In this document: positions 57,470-64,000 of the stretch, in pieces
Numbering within the stretch: position 1 is the stretch's first letter
Layout of the letters: the number at the start of each line of letters is the position of its first letter
Assembly (NCBI GenBank): GCA_019057475.1
Contig: DXJO01000010.1
Coordinates: forward strand, 352,001-416,000
Reading direction: 5' to 3'
Source of the DNA: Candidatus Thorarchaeota archaeon
GTDB taxonomy: Archaea; Asgardarchaeota; Thorarchaeia; Thorarchaeales; Thorarchaeaceae
DNA length: 64,000 nucleotides
Position numbers and translations under genes: made by a program
The notes under the pieces: model-generated
Databases searched by the model: none
What the model was told of the DNA's origin: nothing
The model's input: only the letters and a program-made list of their open reading frames with translations

Positions 57470-58292
57470 AGTACATTTCCAGGGCGCGGCTCATTACGTC
57501 CTCGTCAGCTGGGAATACCAGTGGGATTGCCGTATAAGTTGCAGTGCAGGGATTTCCTCTGGCAACATGGAACACAGCTTTTGGTCGGCCATTCTCACCT
57601 GGGTGATCTATCTCCACTACGTAACTCGTCACTGTAGACATTTGCCCCTCGCCAGAGCTGTGTTTGCAGATGCTCGACTGACTTGGACCTTCACCGTGGT
57701 CCTTTAGAGCGGAAAAAACGCCTTGAACGCTGGTAACATTTCTGAATAGCTCATAGCCACGGTCAACGCGTAATGTCGAGTTCACAAAGCTGTCAACACC
57801 CTTTGAGTTCAAATGCTGACTAAGAACCTCCTCAGTATCAAGCATGATGTGATGTCCCGCGCGGAGCACTTTCCGTTCGGACCACTCGATTGAGTGGTCA
57901 TTCCCCGCAATCTCAATGGCAAGCATACTGTCGTGGTCCGCAAGAATGAGGTTTCCCCACTGGAATTTCCGGCCGCTCTTTAGCTGGTCTACAGTCATTC
58001 TGAGACCGTCCTCTGCATCTTTGGCGAACACAAGTATCTGTTCGGTGAGGATATCATACGTTGGGTCTTCTGTGCCCATGACGTGGCTATTTGCCACTGC
58101 AAGACCGTATCGGTTCACGCCAATCGAGAGTCCACCAGTCTTGCCTGTAACCATGTCGATTCCTCTCACACCAAATCCATCGACATCGTGAAAAAGCGCA
58201 TCCTTGTGGGAGGTGGAGTACAGGTCCCTGTTTTTGAAGAGTAGCGTCTTGTTGAGGTCACGAAGAATTACTGCACCTGCAAAGCTCGCCAT
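57462..58292 (-). CDS. Ntn-hydrolase-fold protein (peptidase C45/C69-like)
   Basis: LLFKNRD, GVNRYGLAVANS, NLILAD, SICKH, GNPC; ATG 58292 follows SD AGAGGA. Confidence 0.7.
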   Translation of the reverse strand: MASFAGAVILRDLNKTLLFKNRDLYSTSHKDALFHDVDGFGVRGIDMVTGKTGGLSIGVNRYGLAVANSHVMGTEDPTYDILTEQILVFAKDAEDGLRMTVDQLKSGRKFQWGNLILADHDSMLAIEIAGNDHSIEWSERKVLRAGHHIMLDTEEVLSQHLNSKGVDSFVNSTLRVDRGYELFRNVTSVQGVFSALKDHGEGPSQSSICKHSSGEGQMSTVTSYVVEIDHPGENGRPKAVFHVARGNPCTATYTAIPLVFPADEDVMSRALEMYFR

Positions 58293-58386
58293 TGTCCTCT
58301 CACACCCAATAGCAACACCGCTATCCCGCACACAATATAAGTCATCATTGTACATAGAAGTTAAAGGCATGGCAGGGAGTCATCTA

Positions 58387-59199
58387 ATGCGGTCTGATGG
58401 CGCTAGATGGAGCGTGAATGCGATCGACCCTCGGGCTATCCTGAATGGAATTGACTTGGTTCTGCTTGAGCCGAACATTGTATGTGTGAATCAGACAGAG
58501 TCAACAAACGTCTTGGCTAGGGTCATGGTAGAAGGAGGTCTCGGAGAAGGACTTATCGCAATTGCTGATCTGCAGACCCAGGGACGAGGGAGACATGATA
58601 GGACGTGGTATTCCCCCTTGGGTGGACTCTACTTCTCTATCGTGCTGAAGCCCCGAATCGCAGACGAAACTGCGCCATTGTTGGGGTTCCTTACCGCTTG
58701 TGCAATTGCCACAGGGATTCGCGAAGTTCTTGGTTTGGAGGTTTCTCTGAAGTGGCCCAATGATATCTTGGTTGGTGAACGAAAGCTGGGCGGCATTCTT
58801 AGTGAAACCGTTTCGACGAATAGCAGTCTGTTAGCCGTTATTGGGGTCGGCATCAACCAGAACGTGAAGAGAGAAGACTTGCCAGCTGAGCTACGAGATA
58901 ATACTACTACGATTCTCAGCGAAATCGGCAGAGAAACGTCAAGAGAAAATCTCATCTCAGCCATTATCAGCGGAATCGATTTCAGACTCGGCCGAGTGGA
59001 GTCCGATTCATCGTTTAGCTCAATCCTTGATGAGTGGACTGGTCACAGCAGCACCATCGGCAGGTCAGTACGTGTTCGTGATAGATCTGAAATCATCGAA
59101 GGGCTCGCTCTCGGCATTGGACCTGATGGATCACTGGAGGTAGAGGACAGCGACGGTCAGCTGAAGAGAATACTTATTGGAGATATCTTCCATCTCTAG
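58387..59199 (+). CDS. birA: Biotin--protein ligase
   Basis: ESTN, QTQGRGRHDRTWYSP, LKWPNDI, KLGGIL, IGVGIN; start uncertain (58387 or 58414). Confidence 0.92.
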   Translation: MRSDGARWSVNAIDPRAILNGIDLVLLEPNIVCVNQTESTNVLARVMVEGGLGEGLIAIADLQTQGRGRHDRTWYSPLGGLYFSIVLKPRIADETAPLLGFLTACAIATGIREVLGLEVSLKWPNDILVGERKLGGILSETVSTNSSLLAVIGVGINQNVKREDLPAELRDNTTTILSEIGRETSRENLISAIISGIDFRLGRVESDSSFSSILDEWTGHSSTIGRSVRVRDRSEIIEGLALGIGPDGSLEVEDSDGQLKRILIGDIFHL

Positions 59200-59293
59200 G
59201 TACATACGAAGGAAGGCTTTTCTCATGTGTCCATATTCATGAAACTGTAGATTTCCTTGTCTTGTCTAATAGTCGAAGATTTGAACGAGCGGA

Positions 59294-60166
59294 GTGGAAC
59301 TATTCTTGCGAACGACTGTAATCAAGATCGATGGCTCAGAACTCGATGAGCTACGTAGCCTGCTACTCAAGGCTCCTTCTACAGCGGAGAAGCGAACGAC
59401 AAATGAGTACGAGTCTTTCAAAATCGGATACAGCGGCGGCTCCATAATCGGCTATGCAAGCGGGAAGGTGGTCATTACTTCCGAACCAGCAGTCCAGCTT
59501 GTTCGTGAAGCCCTTCAGAAGATGGTTTTCAAGGATGCGGACTATGATCTTATTATAGGATCTGACGAAGCTGGGAAGGGAGAATGGTTGGGTCCTATGG
59601 TCATTGCGGCAGTCGCGTTAACTCCGACCCAATCGAGTGACTTGAGAGCACAGGGGGTCATGGATAGCAAAGACCTGTCATTAGATCGAATATCTGAGCT
59701 TGCCCCCGTGATAGTCAAGCTCAGCACAGCTCTGAAGACGGTGACTCTCCCACCAGATGCATTTAACGCGCTTCTGAAGGAGTTTCATGATGAAGGGAAG
59801 AATCTGAATGACCTCTTGGCTTGGGCTCATGCGAAGGCAATCTCACAGGTGGTCTCCGAGTTAGACTTGCGAAGTGGTACCCAACAGGTCCGGATTGTGG
59901 TTGACGAGTTTGCACGTTCCAAGACAGAGGAGCGCCTTGCCAGAGTGATAGACCTCGATTCTGTTGACCTTATTCAGAGACCTCACGCGGAAGATGAGAT
60001 AGCCGTTGCGGCATCCAGCATAGTTGCTAGGAATGCACGCGAGGATTGGATTGATGAGGCTTCGGTCAGGTTGGAACTGAATCTGCGTACGTTGAGCATG
60101 AAGGAGGCGGCTAACAGGGATGATAGCAACCTCTACGCAAAGACCAGCTATCTTCGCAGGGATTAG
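59294..60166 (+). CDS. rnhC: Ribonuclease HIII-like (type 2 RNase H with N-terminal extension)
   Basis: IGSDEAGKGEWLGP, GVMDSK, VVDEF, VAASSIVAR; N-terminal domain with YASGKVVI. Confidence 0.75.
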   Translation: MELFLRTTVIKIDGSELDELRSLLLKAPSTAEKRTTNEYESFKIGYSGGSIIGYASGKVVITSEPAVQLVREALQKMVFKDADYDLIIGSDEAGKGEWLGPMVIAAVALTPTQSSDLRAQGVMDSKDLSLDRISELAPVIVKLSTALKTVTLPPDAFNALLKEFHDEGKNLNDLLAWAHAKAISQVVSELDLRSGTQQVRIVVDEFARSKTEERLARVIDLDSVDLIQRPHAEDEIAVAASSIVARNAREDWIDEASVRLELNLRTLSMKEAANRDDSNLYAKTSYLRRD

Positions 60167-60195
60167 TTGTCATCCATTCCTAACTGGATTGTTTT

Positions 60196-62148
60196 GTGAT
60201 TGCTAACACAACAAGGCTTAAGGTCTGGGAACCCCCTTGTAGAGTTGCTCTGGGATTGAGGCGACGGTTGACACTGCGTGTGTTTGGTTGGGATGCGAGG
60301 AAGTTTTCTAGTCTAGTTTTGATAGCCGCGATTCTTGCTCTTGCATTATTTCCTACATCCATTAGGTCCCAGTCCCTCCCTGAGCTTGGGTTGAAGAATG
60401 GTCCCTTTGTTGACAAGATACAGTTCAAAGTAATACCGGGGGACGACCAGCAGGTTCTTGCACTGCTGAACGATGAGATTGATCTCATTGGCAGCATGAT
60501 TCATCCTAGCTTCCTCTCCCAGTTGAATATGTCTGAAAGTGTCAATGTTGTTAATCACCTCCGAAATGGATATGGCTACATCGTGATCAACTGCGCAAAG
60601 TATCCTTTCAATATCACCGCCTTTAGAAGGGCCGCCGCTTTTGCTCTCGACAAGTATGCAATTTCTGAAGATATCTGGGAGGGTTTCTCACAGCCTCAGG
60701 ATTCGTGCGTGCCTTCGGTGAACCCCTTCTCTATCGAGGGTCAATTATCCTACTCCTACTACGATGCCAATATCGAGCTTGGTAATCAATTGCTTGATGA
60801 TGCCGGATTCCTTGATGTGGACGCGGATGGATTCAGAGATGCCCCTGACGGTTCAAACCTCGACGTTCTCCTACAAGTAGGGCGCGCTTCGAATATCGGG
60901 ATCGAGGTCGGGGAGAAGATGGCTGAGGGACTGCGAGCCCTCAATATCAGTGCTGTTTCAGAGCCAATTGACTTTCCCGTATATGGAAGCTGGGACTTCG
61001 ACATGATCTTCCTCGGCATGAGATTCAACAGCTTCGATGTTGATTGGCTCGCATACGAGTTCTGGGGAGGGCACGCAGGTGAGCCCTGGCAGAACTTCGG
61101 GAGCTGGAGGAATGCAAGTTATGATGGGTGGCGTGACCAGCTCATCAATTCCACTTCCTACGAGGACGTCTATGAGGCTGCGATTGAGATGCAAAGAGTG
61201 TGGGTCTATGAGTGCCCGTGGGTTATCTGCTACGAGAACTTCCACATCTCAGCCTACCGGACAGACAGGTTCGAGGGTCACGTCAACGATTGGACGGATG
61301 GAATCCCCGGCACTTGGACGAACAAGAAAGTCCATCTAAAGGCTGATCAGGGTGGTCCGTTCGGCGGAACCCTCCGTTGGAGCAACTCGCTCGACCTCGA
61401 CACATTCAACATGATGGGTGCTAGCTCAGCTTACACCCTCCGGGTGTTGATCGAGCTCTATGACAGCTTGATGACCCTTGATTCCACTGGCTTGGATATG
61501 ATGTGGCTGGCTGAGTCATACCTTGCTGAAACGCATGCTGACAATGCAGCAATCCCTGCAGGACATACCCGGTTCACCTTCCAATTGCTCCAGAATGCCA
61601 CTTGGACCGATGGTACTTCATTGACGGCTGAGGATGTCGCGTTCTCACTGAACTTCCTAAGAGACGCACCTGCAAACAAATATCGGCTAGACCTGCTAGA
61701 GATGAGTGCAGCGTATGCTCCATCAACCTACACAGTCGTTGTGGAGTTCAGCACTGAATCCTACTGGCACTTACATGGCATCGCATTCAAACCAATCTTT
61801 CCGAAACATATCATGCAGGAGATTGTGATTGAGGACTGGGCATACTGGAGCCCCAATCCTCCAGTTGAGGAGATGGTGACCTCTGGTCCATTCAACGTAT
61901 CCGAGTATGTCGCAGGTGAGTTCGTTGAGCTGACGTACAACCCGAATTACTTCTTCGGACCAAACCGAAGTGCAGGAATCGAGTCAACTCCAACAGCTCC
62001 TACGAGTAACGGTACGCCGTCTGTTACCTCATTTGGCTGGCCTGACCCATTCGGTGAGATGGACCTCGTTGGACGTGTCGTAACGACTGGGTCATTATTC
62101 GTGATAGCTGTTGTCGCCGTTTTATGGTGGAAAGACACACGAATGTGA
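60196..62148 (+). CDS. ABC peptide/nickel substrate-binding protein (family 5), C-terminally anchored
   Basis: GPFVDK, AFRRAAAFALDK, LYDSL, NATWTDGTSLTAEDVAFS, SGPF, NPNYF, C-terminal TM; true start probably further downstream. Confidence 0.88.
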   Translation: MIANTTRLKVWEPPCRVALGLRRRLTLRVFGWDARKFSSLVLIAAILALALFPTSIRSQSLPELGLKNGPFVDKIQFKVIPGDDQQVLALLNDEIDLIGSMIHPSFLSQLNMSESVNVVNHLRNGYGYIVINCAKYPFNITAFRRAAAFALDKYAISEDIWEGFSQPQDSCVPSVNPFSIEGQLSYSYYDANIELGNQLLDDAGFLDVDADGFRDAPDGSNLDVLLQVGRASNIGIEVGEKMAEGLRALNISAVSEPIDFPVYGSWDFDMIFLGMRFNSFDVDWLAYEFWGGHAGEPWQNFGSWRNASYDGWRDQLINSTSYEDVYEAAIEMQRVWVYECPWVICYENFHISAYRTDRFEGHVNDWTDGIPGTWTNKKVHLKADQGGPFGGTLRWSNSLDLDTFNMMGASSAYTLRVLIELYDSLMTLDSTGLDMMWLAESYLAETHADNAAIPAGHTRFTFQLLQNATWTDGTSLTAEDVAFSLNFLRDAPANKYRLDLLEMSAAYAPSTYTVVVEFSTESYWHLHGIAFKPIFPKHIMQEIVIEDWAYWSPNPPVEEMVTSGPFNVSEYVAGEFVELTYNPNYFFGPNRSAGIESTPTAPTSNGTPSVTSFGWPDPFGEMDLVGRVVTTGSLFVIAVVAVLWWKDTRM

Positions 62149-62245
62149 CGTTGATTCTCTGCTATTCCATTATGTACTCAAAAGCACAAGAAGGCTTTTG
62201 TGAAAGTTTTGACTTAGCAAACCCGCGTGCAGGCCGGAACGAGTC

Positions 62246-64000
62246 ATGAAAACAACGAGTCCTCATCCAAAAGGAAGAACGCTCGCTGCACTTTCTTTGA
62301 TACTCGCACTCGTGTCCATGAGCGCTATTCCATGGCCTATAGTTGCCATCTGGGATGCTCCCGGTCATGCCAACAGCGGACCTTATCTCGACAAGCTCCA
62401 GGCCCAGATAATAACCCAGGATGATCTACAGACTCTTGCCTTGCTATCCAACGAGATTGATTTGATTGGCAATTCGGTGCATCCGGATTTCTTCAATGCT
62501 CTGTCTGAGGCAACAGACATCGAGATAGTTCAGACTCCTCGCAATGGCTACGGCTACCTTACAATTAACACACTCAAGAATCCATTCAACTACACTTCAT
62601 TTCGGAGAGCTCTCGCGTTTGCCATAGATAAGGAGGCAATCTCTGAAGAGGTCTGGAATGGTTTTTCAGAGCTACAGGACTCCATTGTGCCGAAGGCTAA
62701 CCCGTATTCGGTTGAAGGGCAGCTGCCTTACAGCTACTACGAAGCCAGTGTCGAGCTTGGAAACCAGCTGCTAAATGAATCCAGCTTCAGCATTGACAAT
62801 GAAACAGGTTTCAGGAGCGATCCGCACGGCAATCCCTTTCAAGTACATGTCGAGGTTCTCGCTTCATCCGCGGTGGCCATCGAAACTTGCCAGATGGTGA
62901 TTGAGGCATTTGATGGGCTTCATATCGATGCCGTTCTTTGGCTTCCGACCTTCTATAGCTATCTCGGTCGCCTCCACTCCCATGGGGACTACGACATCGC
63001 TTTCCTCCCGAGATCGTTCAGTAGCTGGAATGTCAACTGGCTCGCCTACAACTTTCACTCATACTTCGCGAATGTGCCAGGCTTCAATTATCCCAACTTC
63101 AGCAACGAAAGCCTCGATATTTGGATAGACCATCTCCTTCATTCTGTAGATTACAATGAGGTATACGAAGCAGCAATCGAAATTCAGAAGATTCTGGCAT
63201 ACGAGTGTCCGGAGATAGTCCTGTATGAGAATGTGCTTCTGTCCGCCTACAGAACTGATAGATTTGAAGGGTTCGTCAACGACGCCAGTACTGGTATCCC
63301 CTGTTGGTGGACATACCAAAGGGCACACTTGAAAGCAGTAGAGGGCGGTCCGTTCGGAGGGACCCTTCGCACAAGCATGCCTCTTGATATTCAAGGGTTT
63401 AACTTCATGACAGCCATTGCAGATTATCCTCTGAATGGGATGCTCTACATGATGTATGATAGTCTCCTTAAACAGAATTCTGATGGCTTTGACATACCGT
63501 GGCTGGCAGAGTCATACGAGGTGACAACACATTCCGATGACTCGACAGTTCCTGAGGGCCATACCAGAGTCGTCTTTGATATTCGGAGAAATGCAACTTG
63601 GAGTGATGGTCTTCCAATCACTGCGGATGACGTTTCATTCAGTATCAATTACTACCGGGACATGCCCGGCAGTCCTTACCGTCCAAGTTTATGGAACATG
63701 TCACAAGCAATTGCGCTCACGGACTACCGTGTTCGATTCGAGTTCAACACCGAGTCACTCTGGCATCTGCATTCGATTGCGTACAAGCCCATCATTCCGA
63801 AGCATATCTTTATCGAAATCGGTTTAGAGGGGTGGGACGAATGGAACCCAATACCTCCAGGGGACTCCATTGTTACATCAGGTCCTTTCCTGATCTCAGG
63901 TTACATCCCTGGAGATATCTTGGAGTTCAAACCCAACCCTAACTACTTCTTCAACGTTTCTGGACTATCTGATGGAACCCCCACGCCAACAGAACGCAGC
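62246..64000 (+). CDS. Second family-5 substrate-binding protein, tandem paralogue; runs off window
   Basis: My translation: MKTTSPHPKGRTLAALSLIL...SGPYLDK...NGYGY...FRRALAFAIDK...NATWSDGLPITADDVSFS; missing from the ORF track because it has no stop in the window. Confidence 0.88.
   Translation, partial: MKTTSPHPKGRTLAALSLILALVSMSAIPWPIVAIWDAPGHANSGPYLDKLQAQIITQDDLQTLALLSNEIDLIGNSVHPDFFNALSEATDIEIVQTPRNGYGYLTINTLKNPFNYTSFRRALAFAIDKEAISEEVWNGFSELQDSIVPKANPYSVEGQLPYSYYEASVELGNQLLNESSFSIDNETGFRSDPHGNPFQVHVEVLASSAVAIETCQMVIEAFDGLHIDAVLWLPTFYSYLGRLHSHGDYDIAFLPRSFSSWNVNWLAYNFHSYFANVPGFNYPNFSNESLDIWIDHLLHSVDYNEVYEAAIEIQKILAYECPEIVLYENVLLSAYRTDRFEGFVNDASTGIPCWWTYQRAHLKAVEGGPFGGTLRTSMPLDIQGFNFMTAIADYPLNGMLYMMYDSLLKQNSDGFDIPWLAESYEVTTHSDDSTVPEGHTRVVFDIRRNATWSDGLPITADDVSFSINYYRDMPGSPYRPSLWNMSQAIALTDYRVRFEFNTESLWHLHSIAYKPIIPKHIFIEIGLEGWDEWNPIPPGDSIVTSGPFLISGYIPGDILEFKPNPNYFFNVSGLSDGTPTPTERS

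Noticed and set aside
62162-63942. Many short ORFs suggesting a fragmented gene at the right end
   Set aside because: They are shadow ORFs of one substrate-binding-protein frame that starts at 62246 and runs off the window.
1-64000. CRISPR arrays, rRNA, tRNA, IS elements, viral structural genes
   Set aside because: I saw no regularly spaced repeats, cloverleaf or T-loop signatures, or transposase, integrase or capsid motifs by eye. A tRNAscan/Infernal run would be needed to be sure.

Overview
Archaeal DNA of roughly 50% GC. The gene content and protein styles suggest an Asgard archaeon, plausibly Thorarchaeota, but this is inference and no marker gene is present. Both ends are housekeeping or metabolic. 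The left end has amino-acid and acyl-CoA catabolism genes plus a B12 methylmalonyl-CoA mutase cluster. The right end has a 5'-truncated second mutase, the epimerase, threonine aldolase, an MFS transporter, BirA, an RNase HIII-like gene and two peptide-binding proteins. Between them (about 10.6-53.4 kb) is what looks like one co-regulated system. Four transcription units share an ungapped ~170-bp upstream architecture: box A AGGGTACAGATTATCACGGT, a 65-nt spacer, box B GTATTCTAAA, then a weak TATA-like box starting exactly 74 nt after the start of box B. The units are: (1) a GH3 acyl-amido synthetase, a ThiF adenylase and a TPR protein; (2) a 16-gene operon with three RadA/Rad51 paralogues, an XPD helicase, a Hel308-like helicase with a SWIM finger, a FEN1 paralogue, a Walker-A-dead membrane HerA/VirB4 protein, membrane proteins and a histidine kinase; (3) a pseudo-zincin membrane protein and a 2608-aa surface protein; (4) a membrane HerA/VirB4 (CedB-like) ATPase and a 4xHTH-LAGLIDADG protein. 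Two large paralogous wHTH/Lrp-like proteins lie inside the locus, and one has its predicted promoter embedded in box A. Working hypothesis: a signal-controlled cell-contact, DNA-transfer and homologous-recombination regulon. I saw no rRNA, tRNA, CRISPR array, integrase or transposase. All protein calls are by motif recognition only, with no database search.
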